In this document: in pieces, positions 44,101 to 58,517 of the stretch
Position numbering within the stretch: position 1 is the first letter of the stretch
Layout of the letters: each line of letters starts with the position of its first letter
Source of the DNA: Eledone cirrhosa
Lineage: Eukaryota
Assembly: GCA_964016885.1 (NCBI GenBank)
Contig: OZ024746.1
Coordinates: 21,576,001 to 21,640,000, forward strand
Reading direction: 5' to 3'
Length of the DNA: 64,000 bases
Program-made: the position numbers and the translations under genes
The notes under the pieces: generated by a model
What the model was told of the DNA's origin: nothing
Databases searched by the model: none
The model's input: only the letters and a program-made list of their open reading frames with translations

Positions 44101-44371
44101 CACTAATGGTTTTTGAAACAGACTGATTAGTACTTGGGATTGGAGTATGTTTGGTAGTTGAAGAGAAATAATCTTTGATATTTGGGCCATTCTTATTTTG
44201 GAAAATATTTGTGTCAGATGTATTCGTAAAAAAATGTAACTTTGGAGTCAATTCTGAAGATGAGAAATAATAGCTTTTTTCAGAGCTTGGAGAAGATATT
44301 AATTTGCTGGGTGACAAGAAATGCAATTGTTTTCTTGGAGATGTTTTAGAATAATAGGATCGATTTTTCAC
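41195..44371 (-). CDS. CH-domain/coiled-coil protein, giant internal exon (3177 nt): Ser/Thr-rich region and start of coiled coil
   Basis: Acceptor ttttatttccatAG|GTG at 44373-44372 (the ORF-track start is this GTG); donor GAG|GTTCGT at 41194; 1059 uninterrupted codons, phase 0/0. Confidence 0.92.
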
Positions 44372-46067
44372 CTATGGAAATAAAATAAAACAACCATATT
44401 ATAATTCACATGAATAGTAAAAGCATTATTCAATTAAAATGAAGTATTTTCATTAATATGTACTGCCTGCTACAATTTAGCCTAGTACAACCTGCTTCAT
44501 GATCAAATGGCCGGTGACTAAACTGGTTGCCCCACTGAATCCTGGTGTGGTTGAAGAAGGTAAGTGGAACTACAGCAGCACAAGAAATAAGAGCTGTTAA
44601 AAGGGCAGATAATATGTGTTATTCTATTGTGTTTGTTGCATACAGTATGTTTGATTGTAGAGTTTGTAATGTTTAATTTGTACTATTGAGTTGTACAACA
44701 TGCAGAGTGAACTGGAGCATCGTGAAATAAAGTGTCTTGTTCAAAGATACAATATACTACCCAACCCAAAAAATCAAACTCACAACTTGCCAATTGCACC
44801 TTCACCCAAGTACCTGGCTGGTGTGCTATTTTAGTAACTGAGGAAGTATAAAAGGCAAGGTTGGTTTTGACAGAATTTGAAATCAAAACATAAAGAGACA
44901 TAACTAAATACTCTGAAACATTCTTTTTTGGTTTGTTTATAACATCATTTGAAAAAAAAGATTTGGTTTATAGTATTGGACTGGAACAAACACTATAGAT
45001 TAAAATGCTAGAATCTTTTCAATGTAGATAAAGTACTACACAATAAATTTGACTACCAGCAACTTCCCCTTTCAAGGTGAGGTGTCAGGAAATACTTAAG
45101 AAAGTTGTGATTGATGTTGCTCAAGATCTTTTCATCATAAAAGAAGGCCTGATACATACCTTTGTTGACTATGATGGTAAGAAATACAGTAAATCAATCA
45201 CTAGCAAATTTCTTTCAAGAAATTGGATTAGATTTTGTACAGCCACAATCTAAAGACAACTCATTAGAAAAATTGGACATATATAAATAGCATGTCTAAA
45301 ACCCCTGATTAACAATTAAATGTGAAAGCATCTGCATGGTTAATCAACCAGCTAGAAACAACAGTCAAATCTCCTACATATCAAACTATCATTTTGAAAA
45401 TTATTATATTATACCCCAAAAAGATCAAAACAGGTCAGGTGATTTGATCATAGATTTTCATGTTCAGAAGTGACCTGGGGTTAGGCAACAACCATAAATA
45501 GTTAATATTATAACTGACCAATACTTGCATGAGCAGAATACTTCATGAATTGATTTCTGATATAACCACAATTCCTCAAGTTTAGGCCAAAGGAACAGTT
45601 GATTATATTGACCCCAGCATTCTGATCCCCCAAAATACAAAAATATCCTATGTAGCTTAATTAATCTGGCCTGAATAGGGCAGCAGATGTAATAACATTT
45701 GTCAACCCTAGGCACTTTCAGATGAACATTTATAATTCCTATAAGGAGTGAAACTAATACACTTAATGTCAATGCATCCTCTTGTTTGTTTGTTTTGTGT
45801 TTCCTTGACATATATATATATTTACATATATATATATATGATCACCATCATCATCATTTTGACATCTGCTATTCTACATTTGCATGGGTTATATATATAT
45901 ACTTGGGGAGGGTCATATTGTTGTAATAATATTGCCAGAATTAATAACAGAACACACTCACTGTTTGGTTGGTTTTCACTTCTGTATCTTTTATATAGGT
46001 TAATTTATTCGGTCCTCAATGTTTACCATTGACTGACCAATGGTAAAAAAATACATATATATATATA

Positions 46068-46239
46068 TGCCATATTTCCCAGCGTCGAAGACACTACTTT
46101 TTTCCTAAAATTAGTCAAAAAATCTACCATGCATCTAGGAGGCTGAAGGTTGTTTATTATTTTTTTTTCAAATTTTTGGTTGTCAAAATTAGGGTGCGTC
46201 CTCGAGGTCGAAGAGCTTTTGACGCCGGGAAATACAGTA
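46068..46239. mobile_element. Tc2/pogo-like MITE
   Basis: TATTTCCCAGCGTCGAAG ... CTTTTGACGCCGGGAAATACAGTA inverted termini. Confidence 0.75.
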
Positions 46240-46501
46240 CATATAATACAAATCTGTTTAATACACCTTCGGTCGTTTTCCCACTCACTCAATAATTCAA
46301 TTAAGTCAGTATCTTTAAAACACCAGCCCAAATTAGAGTGGACACTAATACGTTAAATAGTGAAAAATAATGATTTTGTATGGGTAGAAAATTTGATTTT
46401 CAGGCCCCAGACCAATGCATTAGGTTCTGCAACTTCATCTGCTAGCCACAGTCCAAATAGAACTACCATGCACAGTAATTAGGTAATATTATTAAGCATT
46501 A

Positions 46502-46692
46502 AGAGGGTGGTGGATTGGCAGTATTGGTAGAGGGTCGGGCGCCATGCTTTGAAGCATAGGGTTACCTCCCTTTATGACCTGAGTTCAAATCCCACTGAGG
46601 TTAACTTTGCCTTTCATCCTTACGGGGTCGATAAAATAAAGTACCAGTAATGCACTGGGATAATTGCTGGCCTTGTGCCAAAAGTAAAAATA
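46502..46692 (+). mobile_element. Full-length SINE family B, 14-bp TSD
   Basis: TSD ATTATTAAGCATTA at 46488-46501 and 46693-46706. Confidence 0.92.
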
Positions 46693-48604
46693 ATTATTAA
46701 GCATTACGTAAATGGCTATATATATATAAAGGAAGTAGTTTTGGAATACGGCAAGCAAAGTTTAGAACTGAAATAAAAATAGAAGTTTTACTGTAATATT
46801 TTTTACTAGTTTAATATTATTGTCTAGTACTGGGGCATATAAACCCACCAAATGGAAAAAGATGGGTTTCAGCACACATGGGAGATACCCATCTTTTTCT
46901 GTTCAGTGGGTTTATGGTTTATATGCCCCATTATTAGACTATGTTATAGTTAAAAATATTACTGCCAAGCTTCTATTTCAATATATATATATATACGAGA
47001 TGTTCTGCACCGAGTTACAGACACTTCTTGTTACTCTTTACTTCAGAAATTTGGTAGACTAATGATTCTATTGCTCACAAAGTCTGATTCAAAATATATA
47101 GATAATAAGACAGTATAAAGGCATAAATGTCACTACTTCAGAATTTCTTCCTTTGCTAAAAACCTAACCAATATAATAAAAGTATCATTATATTGCGTTA
47201 TTATGTGAAGTGCAGAACTTTCTCTACTATAAACCATATTGAATATATAAGTACTGTTTCTATTTTATACTGAACAGCTTGCTCTGAAGTTAATGTAATG
47301 ATTTCTTTGAAAAGACATGGCTATAAAATGTGCAGTGAATATCTGAAATTTAAAGAAATATACATATGCATATTTATGAATGAACTGAATACATTGAAAA
47401 TCTGAAATCTACAAAAGCAGACAATATTACTACTCAAGTCTTTAATACGCATGTATGATATATGCATTTGTGTGTGTATGTATGTGTGTGTATATGTGTG
47501 TATGTGTGTGTGTATGTATACACACACACAGGCAAACATAGTGTGTCAAGCTCAAATTGTTGAACTTATGAAGAACTGAGGAAATAAATTTATAAGATGT
47601 AGCATGTTTAAGTGCAGAAAATAATTGCAATTACAGTTGGTTGCTATGAAACTAGCTTGTAAAAATTGGGTAAATACCCTTAGAATCAGAAAAATATGTT
47701 GCTATGAGGAATTGAGCGACTAGGTACTCTCCCCATTGAGCTAATGGATTTCTGACAACATCTTACCATCTAAATTAAAAAGCTGAATCAAAGAGCTTTT
47801 AAAAATGCTAACAAAAATCGAATAAAGTTTCTAAGGGTCTTTACTCAATTTTTATAAACTATTTTATCACAACTGACTTTAATTTCAGTTATTTTTCTGC
47901 ACTTGAACATCCTACATCACCTGATCTGACTTCTTTCATAACAAGACAACCTGTCAAATCCATGCAAGTGTGGAAAATAGACATTTAACAATGATGATAT
48001 ATATATGTATTGTGTATATATATAAATATATATATATACATGGCAGTGCCCCAGCATAGCCCCAGCCTGTTGGCGAGAGCACTTCTTCTTCTTCAACCAA
48101 TTCATGACAGGATCGTAGGGACAGAGTCCTAAAACACTCCTTCCAGAGGGTCCTGTTAGAAGCAACTATCTCCAACTAATCTGGCTGTATTCCCATATAT
48201 ATATATATATATAATTTTAAAAGTGCTTCAATAGACCAGTTTTGTATTTTTCAAAGGTAATTTATTAAGATTCCTTAATAAGTTTATATACACTCTACAT
48301 TGATATGAGTGGATTACTTTTTACTTCTTTGACTTATCAAAACGTGTTTTGTGGATTATAATTTTTTTTTTTAAATCTTTATAAGTTATCTTTCATTTTT
48401 AATTATTCAAATCTTTCTTTAAAGAAGGAGTGGATTGGTAACTAAGAAACAAAGCTCCATATACTGAATACAGATTACAACAGAGAAGTGTTCTGGAAAA
48501 GTCTTGCTTATACTACTCTGCTTACAGATTGTATTTGTAAAGTATGTGTTCGTTGTACATCAATGTATCCTTTGTATATGATATCTTATATTTATTATAT
48601 ATAT

Positions 48605-48900
48605 TAATTGTTTCTATATTTGGCACAAGGCCAGTAATTTGAAGGGAAAAGTCGATTAAATCGGCTCCAGAACATAACTGGTGCTTTATTTTATCGACTT
48701 CGTAAGGCTGGAAGTCAAAGCTAACCTCAAACATATTTGAACTCAGAACCTAAAGGGCTGTAAATGTCGTAAAGCATTCCACATGTATATATAATAATTG
48801 TTTCTACTTTAGGCACAAGGCCAGCAATTACCCAGTACATTACTGGTACTTTATTTTATCGACCCCGTAAGGATGAAAGGCAAAGTCAACCTCGGCGGGC
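48605..48900 (-). mobile_element. Two adjacent SINE family B copies
   Basis: Older long-tail copy at about 48605-48780; young copy 48799-48900 with TSD TATAATAAT (48790-48798, 48901-48909). Confidence 0.85.
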
Positions 48901-49010
48901 TATAATAATGAATATAAGAGAGAAGTGTGGGAGAAAATAGAGAAATGGTAAGATGGTGAGGGAGTAATAGAAAGAGAGGAGAAAGAAGCAAAAAGGTGGG
49001 CAAGACTTAC

Positions 49011-49083
49011 CTTCCACTTTAGCAGAGAAAGATAAATCATAAGAATCTGTTCATCAATGGTTCCATTTAGAAGTTCAGAAACA
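49011..49083 (-). CDS. CH-like domain exon (S)VSELLNGTIDEQILMIYLSLLKWK
   Basis: Acceptor tttgtccaaacAG; donor AAG|GTAAGT; 73 nt, phase 2/0; resembles the CH C-terminal helix motif (D-E-x-S/I-x-M-x-Y-L-S). Confidence 0.85.
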
Positions 49084-49887
49084 CTGTTTGGACAAACGAT
49101 ATAAAAAATGTTATAATAAGATTTTTATCCTGAAAGGGACTGTATAAAATTATCCTCTCCCCAAACTTGGCAATATTCTTATAGAAAAACTAATTAGAAA
49201 AAAAGAAAAGAGAGGAAAAATGCAATCCCTCATTTCAAATGCACTAGAATTTTACTATTTTCCTTTCATTATTAAATTTTTGTGTTACAGGCTGGTTCTC
49301 TTTATATTTTTATCTACTAATATTCTTTCATGCCATCATTTTTTTTCTTTTCTTTTAGTAATCTGTCTGTATATCTGTCTCTTAACTATTTTTATTCCTT
49401 ACACATATTTTATCTTTGCCCATTTATTTCCTCACTGTTCACATGATTTAATGAGATAAAGTACAGATGAACTATTACAAGATCAGTTATGTGGTAAAAA
49501 TACAGGTTCATGTTAGATATAAACTATTGTGTAGGAGGAAACTTATACATAATTTTAGTCATTGACAGTTCTGAATGACACAGTCCATTGCCTGGCTAAA
49601 CAGCTGTCATTTGAAATCCACAATGATCTCGAAGTAATAAAAAGTTAATTCAATGTTATCCGTCTTCTATTCAGAGGTTAGGTGAAAGCATATGTTGATG
49701 TCCATAGTAGTAATCACATGCTTCCAGTTCTTAAAATTTAATATTTAAATATATATATGTATGCATACAGGATATCCATGGATAAAAGGCCAAGGAAAAC
49801 AATGCTTATTTAGTGTACTGGGCCCTGAAACCTAAGGTCATGTATACATGTTAAGTGTATGAAATTTTAATTATACTGTATATCTGT

Positions 49888-49927
<40 letters not shown>

Positions 49928-52033
49928 ACTCAATAAATCAATAAATATTGCCTGGACAAAATGTATCCAAGATTATGCTAAGATATATAAAGACACAAGA
50001 AAAATTGTAAAGTAAGCAATGAACTTACATGAAGATGGTAAAACCCAATTCTGATTGATATTTTGTGTATTGATCAAAATTATTATATACATATATATGG
50101 TAGGGTCTCACATACACAACATAACCTGTTAAAAGTCTTTGATAACTGATGCAATCAGTTGACAAAATCTCCTTCAAGGAATGTTCAAAATTCAAAAAAA
50201 ATAACTCTGATAAAGTCAACTAATCACAATTTTTGGAAAAAGAAGTAAATGTAGATAGGAATGTATCTTTTAAGACCAGCTGATGAAAGCAGTGGACATA
50301 TTTTAATCTTATTATACCTCCTCAGCAAAGCATATGTAGCTTTGTAGGCAAGACTAAGAAGTAATCAGTGTGTTAAAAAAAAGAGGAAATATAATTGTTT
50401 CTACTGTTATTTTGATGAAGAATATGGCTGATGGAAAATATTCTGTGGCACATTTTATATGCACACCATATGGTCTCACATAGGTGGTCGGGCAGTCGGC
50501 ATTCCATTTACTGACTTTGGAAGTGAGGTGACAGGTTTGTTTAGCCGGAGTCATGAGTGCAAGGTTGAGGATGTTGGCTCAATTTTTTGTGAACAGATTG
50601 GAGCAATAACCGTCTTATTTACATATATATAGACTGTTCTGATGATCATACAACTGGAACATTTATGAATGAAACAGATGGAGGTCCATTCTATGTGTTT
50701 TAGAACAAGGATTTCAAAGCATCTAAAGATTTATCACTACTAATATTATTATCAGCTTAAATATAAATTAAGTACTAAAATGTTAAAAGCAATATTTGCA
50801 AGGGCAAAGGAGCAAAGATGGAAATTATAAAAAATATGTATTGTTTAAATTAAATGCATTTCAGCATTTACTGAAAACCAGTATTTAAGTGAAGACAACA
50901 TCAGTCCTGCTGTTGACTTCTTTAACCAACAGTATGAACCGGAAGGGGGACCATGTTGAAAAATAAACCTCATTTAGTCACATTCCATGAGAGTATCTTG
51001 GTCAACCTATGAACTTTTCAGCCAAACCTCGTATGTTTGTCTCTGAATGTTCTGACTTCTAATTTCACCTGACACTTTCCAATAAAGGGAACAGGAAAGG
51101 AAGAAGAAAAAAGAAAATGAAACTGAGAAAAAGAAAGTAGGATGAAGTAACGACAGAAAGGAAGAGGGTCAGTCACTACACCCCAGTCTGAGAAGTGTCT
51201 CACTGATTTTCATGTCATATGGTTAATAAAATAAGTACGAGGAAGTTACAGATAATTTCGTCAATGCAAGAAACTAATGGAAATTATGATCAAGGCTGTA
51301 TAACTCATTGTAAATAAATGAAATAAAATAAATACGCACCAGTAAATTACTGGAATTCATTTAATATATGGATATTTTTGCCATATTTTTGCTAATGTAA
51401 GAAACTAATAAATATTATGATAAAGGCTGTATAACTAACTCATAGTGGTAAATATATGAAATAAATATGCTTTTTTTTTAATAAAATGTTACAGATGAAT
51501 GTTTTATAATGTAAAGTATTGATAAAATCATTTTGATGAATTAAAGTGTTGTAGCTGTCAGTTTTATAAAATGAGTTTTATGGAATTAGTTTCCTGAATT
51601 TCAATGATCTTACAGGGATAATACAAGTATATCTCCAAAACGAAACAGAAAATATATCTATCCTCTAACAAGTTGCTGTCAAAATTAAAAGAAATGAATG
51701 GTAATAAGGCATTTGGGTTTTAATATATTTTCTAGTACATACATATATATATATAAACATCTCTCTCTATATATATACACATACCCACATATGCACACAC
51801 ACACATATATATATATATTTATGTGTGAGTGCGTGTGTAGGTATGTGTGTATATATACATATATATATAACTATCTCTCTCAATAAATATATATATACAC
51901 TTACTCACACATGCACACACGCATATATATTTATACATATATGCATGTAGATACACATATCATCATCTTCATCATCGTTTTTAAGTCAAATTTTCCATGC
52001 TGGCATGGGTTAGATAGGACATTCTATTTATAA

Positions 52034-52039
<6 letters not shown>

Positions 52040-52065
<26 letters not shown>

Positions 52066-52226
52066 AGAGTAGGTATGAAGTATCAATATAGCATCATCAT
52101 TATGTTTATTCACATGTGACATACATTTCATAATCAATCAACTCAACACGTGTTATATGTGAATAAACATAATGGTGTTATATTTATGCTTCGTTCCTGC
52201 TCCTTATTATTATCATCATTATCATT
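52040..52226 (+). other. About 80-bp imperfect hairpin whose core mismatches are mostly G-U
   Basis: CATTATGTTTATTCACAT / ATGTGAATAAACATAATG perfect core, extended by GAGTAGG/CCTGCTC, GAAGTA/TGCTTC and TAGCAT/GTGTTA. Confidence 0.8.
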
Positions 52227-52491
52227 AACACTCTGCTACTTAAGGATACCAACTATAGTGTAACACCAAACGTGGAATACCACATCGGCAACCAGACCCA
52301 TATTGGCATTGAGTGCTCAAACTGGTGGTGAACCAATAGTAACTAAATGTTACTCACCAATAAATTATATAAATTATGGTCGACTGAATATGTACATGTG
52401 TTTTTTTTTCCCCCATTTTTTTCTTATTTTCCCCATTCTTTCCTCTCATCACTCTTTCTTTACTTTCTATTTATCTTCTATTTCTAACTCT

Positions 52492-52529
52492 ATCTTCTGA
52501 TGAAGGACTAGTGTCCAAAACGTTAAGAT
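52492..52529 (+). ncRNA. Minimal type I hammerhead-like motif (G12A) within a Penelope/retrozyme-like repeat, 52380-52620
   Basis: ATCTT-CTGATGA-A-GGAC(TAGT)GTCC-AAAA-CGTT-AAGAT: 5-bp stem I, 4-bp stem II, palindromic ACGT stem III. The GAAA->AAAA change is consistent with CpG decay. Confidence 0.6.
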
Positions 52530-52647
52530 TCTCTTCCTGCTATTTCTAGCTTTAAACTAATATATTTTTTCTATGTAATGTGCCTTTTATTTTGTTATTT
52601 TTTAAAATTACTTTTACATACATATATATGATGATGTTGATATATAT

Positions 52648-52693
<46 letters not shown>

Positions 52694-53400
52694 CTTTGCT
52701 TCATGGGTGCTGTATGATATGCTGTGAGTGATGCAGAGTAGATAGTAAATTTGCAAAAAAACAAGTTTACAACCAGATTTTGATCCCTCATTCCACTAAT
52801 ATAATTGAAAATATCAAGACCTAAACAACATTGATTTCTTACTTTATTGAAAACATGAATGTTTATATCTACTGACAGATATTTCTGATCAAGAAAAGGA
52901 AAATACCAAACCATTATTATTTTACTGTTGCATTGAATATGCAGATATCTATCTGTTTTGGTATTCTTGTAATTTATGAGCAGGATGACAGGGATATGAA
53001 ACAAAAAATTATATATTCATTTAAATTTTCCTGATTTTTAAGATAGATATTGAGATAAAACATATTAGATGTTCAAAAACAATTAGCAACTAAAATTATC
53101 TTTCTAATTATCTGTTGGCATTAAGAGTGACCTCCAACCATCTTCCAAGGGGTTATGACAACCTCATATCTTTTACACCACAGCAGCTTGCTGTATATAG
53201 CAATGAATCGTTCTTGCCTGAAACTTATCCTCTGTATGAATATCACAGATGTCTTTGAAACTAATTATCTCCCTTGATTCTCACATTACCAATCAAATGC
53301 TGATCTTCTTCTAGGCAAAGGTTACTGCTATATATACAAACATTCTAGACCACATTCACTAAAGGTCCATCTGGCTAATATGCAAAAACTCATTCACCAG

Positions 53401-53602
53401 TACAAGGGTCAGCTGAAAAGTTCCTAGGCTGACCAAGATACTCTCATGGAATGACCAAATGAGGTTTATTTCTCAACATAGTGCCTATAAAGAAACAATG
53501 CAGTTATTAATATGAAGAATTGAAATTAATGCATGCAAGATTTCACAGCGCTAGTATCACTCCTTTATACTCAGCCTATGAACTTTTCAGGTGACCCTCA
53601 TG
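53401..53602. mobile_element. Mariner-type MITE family M
   Basis: Inverted copy of 57453-57654. Confidence 0.88.
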
Positions 53603-54237
53603 CACTACATCTGCTAACTCAGATGTATTGTCTTTTTTTCTGTCTCTTCTATAGTTACAATTAGAGACTAGAACCATGTTTGCTAAACCCATGCAATGAG
53701 GCTGCTTCATCATCATCATCATCATCATTTAATGTCTGTTTTTCCTGGAGATTATGTGGTGTAAAACGTTTGTGTGTGAGAAAAAGAGAGAGAGAGAGAG
53801 AGAGAGCAGTAATGGTTAGTTGTGGTGGTGTTGATGATGATGGTGGTGGTAGTAATTCCAAAATTTTCTCTTTTAATCTCACATCATTTTGGAAAGGAGA
53901 AGGTAAGTGTGTGTATGTACGTGTGTGTGTGTGAATGTACGTATGTGTGTGTTTGAGAGAGAGAGAGAGAGATGGACAGAACAGAATTACTTTTATGAAA
54001 AATATTGCTCGTCTTCAAGTTATAAATGAGTAAAATATTCCATTTTGGTAGTTTCAGTTATTTGTTAAGTTTATTAGATATATTTTTTATTAGATTTACT
54101 AGCCAGATGTGTGGTGCTGAGATTGGGGAGACCACAAATCAGGGAGTACTCTATGCATGGAAAAAAAAAGAGTGGGTATAGATGAAGGTAAAAACTCAAA
54201 TACAAGCCAAAACTGCAAGACAATCACAGTCAGGTTT

Positions 54238-54240
<3 letters not shown>

Positions 54241-54290
<50 letters not shown>
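54241..54290. repeat. (CT)n microsatellite
   Basis: Pure run. Confidence 0.97.
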
Positions 54291-54302
<12 letters not shown>

Positions 54303-54551
54303 GAACTCTATATTTTAGCATGTATTGAGTATTTTATTGAATAGTTTACTGAGAATATCCAATGTAAAATCTCTCTCACTATATATATATTTATAGTAAA
54401 GTAGTTTTTGTCATATTGAATAATTTATTTGAAGTGATATTTTCTTGTTGTCGTTGACATTTGTAGCATTACACTCCTCAATTGATACTGTTATTGAAAA
54501 TTTGTCTCAGGTATTAAACATTCCAAGCTGAAGTAGATTTGTTGACCTTAC

Positions 54552-54625
54552 CTCAAAATATCTTTCTTTATTCCGAGTTGAGATTCGATATTTTCAAGAA
54601 GGAATTCAAGATGAAGTGCCTTGCT
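54552..54625 (-). CDS. CH-like domain exon SKALHLEFLLENIESQLGIKKDIL(S)
   Basis: Acceptor tttccattgaacttAG; donor GAG|GTAAGG; 74 nt, phase 0/2, joins both neighbouring exons in frame. Confidence 0.85.
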
Positions 54626-55496
54626 CTAAGTTCAATGGAAACAAAATAAAATGAAGTAAAAAGCAGTAAAATACACATAAAATCAGTCACATATATATTC
54701 AGGTATTCTTCATAACTGAATTGAATTATCTCTTTGCATGAATAATTACATTTAGTTCAATTGTGATTCAGTCACTGTTTGTAGTGTATTTTTGTTATCG
54801 TAGATATTTTTATTTGCCTTGTTTTTTGTTTTTTTTTGTTTTTTTTTCCCCTATAATTATTGTAATCACTCTTTTTTTTTTTTTTCTTTTGTTTTGCCCT
54901 TCTACATTTTCCTTCAATTGTTATTGTTGCAAAAACACAGAAAAATTATTGATTTAAATATTATGTCATTGATACTAACAATATCGATTTATTTTGCCCA
55001 GGCATAAGACCAATGTTTTTGTGAAGGAAGTGGGTGTGATATGTCTACAAATCCATGAGATTAGTTTCTTATTCAATATAATAAAACTGGCGAGGGTTTG
55101 TATTGGTAACTATGAAAATAAAAGTCAAGAGAGTAAATTTTGTTGGAGGGAAAAACTCCATTAAGAGGTCTTTTTTAAAGTTATGGAATGGATCGATTGA
55201 CAAGATCCCAGACCACATTTGCTTACTGAGTCGGGTGGAACTAGTCAAATCAAACAAAGGAAACAATGATTCCATTGGTCTTTCCATAGCTGATAATATT
55301 TACTGGTCACAACTCCTGGCAGAGAGAGGAACATGAAATAAAGTGTCTTGCTCATGGACATAATGCATAGCCCAGTCCAAGAGTCGACCTCACCACCTCA
55401 TGATTGGGAATCCAATTCTCTATAAGCCAAATGCCTTCATGTTTCTTTTCATATTTGAAAATTACTTTGAGCCAGATCAGTTAGTAGATAAATAAT

Positions 55497-55681
55497 TGTT
55501 TCTACTTTAGGCACAAGGCCAGCAATTACCCAGTACATTACTGGTACTTTATTTTATCGACCCCGTAAGGATGAAAGGCAAAGTTAACCTCGGCGGGATT
55601 TGAACTCAAACTGTAAAGGGACGTAACTATGCTAGAAAACATGGCGTCCAACCCTCTACCGATACTGCCAATTCACCGCCC
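55497..55681 (-). mobile_element. Full-length young SINE family B, 21-bp TSD
   Basis: TSD ATCAGTTAGTAGATAAATAAT at 55476-55496 and 55682-55702. Confidence 0.95.
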
Positions 55682-57452
55682 ATCAGTTAGTAGATAAATA
55701 ATGGGTTCATTTTTCCTCAATTAAATTGACTAATCTATTACTTGTATTTATCAATTGGTTTTAGAGAGATAAAATGTAAAAATCATTTCAGTTAAGGTGT
55801 GAACTCATAATAGTTTCTAATTTAGGTACAAGGCCAATAATTTTAGGTGGAGGGAGAACTCAATTAAATCAATCCCTTTATTTTATCGATCCCCATAAGG
55901 ATGAAAGACAAAGCTAACCTCAGGAGGGTATGAACTCAGAACATATAAAAGGCTGTTGATCCTCAGATATGTTTAAGTCCCAGGACAGTTCAAGTTCCGT
56001 TGTAGCTGACACGTGGCTTAATAATTATAACCCCAACAGCTTTGATCATATGTCTAGTGATGGCTAACTTGGGTCTAAAGGAATACAATAACAGCCTTTG
56101 ATCATAGATCTACTCAGACATAACTAACTTGTGTCTCAACAACTACTACAACATCTTATTTAAGTTTATAAAACTTAAGTCTTAAAATAGGTATTCACAT
56201 ATATTCTGGTTCTGAATTTAATACAGTCATGACTATATACTTATTCACTACATTTGTATATCATTATTCATTTCATTTCTTTACTCCATATTTTCTTTCA
56301 GTATTATTTATTTTCATAGTAACCTGTTACAAAATGAAGTTCAACTTTACTTATTTAATGTAGAACACAGTATCTCAGTCTCCATTCTTAGCTACTGGCA
56401 AATATTAACATCCCCCCCCCCCCCCCCCAAAAAAAAAAATCAAATATGATTATATTCAATGAAACTCTTTCTAATGATGTTTCATTTAGAGAGGAAGATA
56501 CTGGCTGTGCCCCATATCAACAGCCATTTCTATAAAGATAAGAGGACGTTAAAACTGGTGAGAGAATTGGTTGCAGCTAGCCAAGTTATGTATTTTAGCT
56601 ATAGCAATCAGGAAAAGCACAGATGCTGCTTTGTAGATAACTGTTGGTTTGTGTAATGAAATGTTGATTGTAGCATATGGAGACATTGTAGGTGTGGAGA
56701 AATGTTGCTGCAGGCAATTACTGGGTTAACAAGATTTTACTTGCAGCATTGATTATGAAGTTTAAGCTTTAATATTATCAATGGAGAAAAGAGGGATGAT
56801 TAAAAGGAATGTATTAGAAGAAAGGAAATGTATAATGATTTCTTAATGAGGCATGAAAACTTCAAGACATTGTGTAAGTTGAAAGAGGTGTGTTGCATCT
56901 CACTCCTTCCTGTAAACACATTAACAAAGAATTGAAGATATTTCAAACAAAAATTGAAATTGTTCTGTGGATTTCTTTTATTGAAGAATTTACCACTAAC
57001 AGCAAATATATATATTAAAGAGAAAGATATTTCTTGCTGAACAACAAGGCAACTCTTATAAGAAATTGGGGGATAGAGGAGAGATATAGGGCAGAGAGGA
57101 AGAGTGAGAGATAAAGGGGGAGGGGAGATAATAATTGCATGTCTTCATAAAAGTTTACTAATGTTACTTATTTTATCGATGAGGGAACATATAATTTAGT
57201 TAGCAGAGTGCTAGACAACTAACTATTCAAGTGATTGATGGTGCATAGAATCTCCTCTCAATGATAGCTCTAAGCAGATACCGCAAGATGGTTGTTACTG
57301 ATATTTCAATCCAAGGTGGCCTTGATCGAGTATATCAACGGTATTCCCAATTTGTTTTGTCTCCCGGAACCTTTTCTACTTTATTTCCATCTTGAGTGGT
57401 CATAACAGAAGCAGGGAACTCCTGATAGCAGCCCAGTTCATATAAAAAAAAA

Positions 57453-57654
57453 TATGAGGGTCACCTGAAAAGTTCATAGGCTGACTATGAAGGGGTGATG
57501 CTGGAGCTGTGAAATCTTGCATGCATTAATTTCAACTCTTCTTATAAATAACTGCATTGTTTATTTACAGGAACTATGTGGAAAAATAAACCTCATTTGG
57601 TCATTCCATGAGAGTATCTTGGTCAGCCTATGAACTCTTCAGCTGACCCTTGTA
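57453..57654. mobile_element. Mariner-type MITE family M (reference copy)
   Basis: TA-TGAGGGTCACCTGAAAAGTTCATAGGCTGAC ... GTCAGCCTATGAACTCTTCAGCTGACCCTTG-TA; about 30-bp terminal inverted repeats. Confidence 0.9.
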
Positions 57655-58517
57655 AGTGGCATGAAGAGGTAGACTTCACACACCAGCTTGCATTCAAGGG
57701 TTTATATTTTCTAATAAGAAAAACTTACATAAGAATGATTGTTGAAAAATATGCTTTAGTTTAAAAGTATTATGTCTTAGATTGTAATATGAACCTGAGT
57801 ATTCAATTAAGTACCGTAGTTGTGAATGTGGAACATTGTGTACTATTACTTGTGTTTGCAATAAGATCTGCTACATGCTCAATACAAGAATGCATTGGTT
57901 TTAGTCTTCAGTTGTTATGTACAGTTAACTTTATTTTCAATAATTCTATGATTTTTTAATTATGTGCTCTTTCTGAAATTAAGATAACTCAGTTTTGTTT
58001 CTTTCAATCTTTTATTCTCTTCTCTCCTACTTAAAAACATTTCCTTGGAATTTGTTCTGTACATAGAGAACTAGTTAATCTATATATTCAACATTACTTA
58101 CAGCCTCAAATATTTCATTTACAATCCCCACTCCATTGTGGGTCCCATTAACATGGTTCCCATTTTGGCCATAACAATGGATAGGTATTTCACTCACCAC
58201 TATAGTAAGAAACACTCATGTGCTAGGGAAATTCTTATATAACTAATTTTTGTAAATATATACAAGATTATCCACTAATGTTAATTAAGGTAACATGGTA
58301 ACAGATCCCAAGGTATATTTAAGTTTTTATACACTTAACAGTCATCCTGAGGCTTCTGTGTACTTATGTAACATTGATATTTACTTAAACAGACATGCAG
58401 AACAAATGATCTAAAAGAACAAAACAAAAAACAAAAACAAAGCATTGGTAATAAGATAATGCTGGAAATGTGTCTATTGGAATGATAATAAAATAAATTA
58501 TTTTTTTAATTACATAC

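Noticed and set aside
50025-50219. Candidate exon ending ELGFTIF with a GTAAGT donor
   Set aside because: Exon 54552-54625 already joins 49083 in phase with a better CH-like fit, and there is no convincing acceptor.
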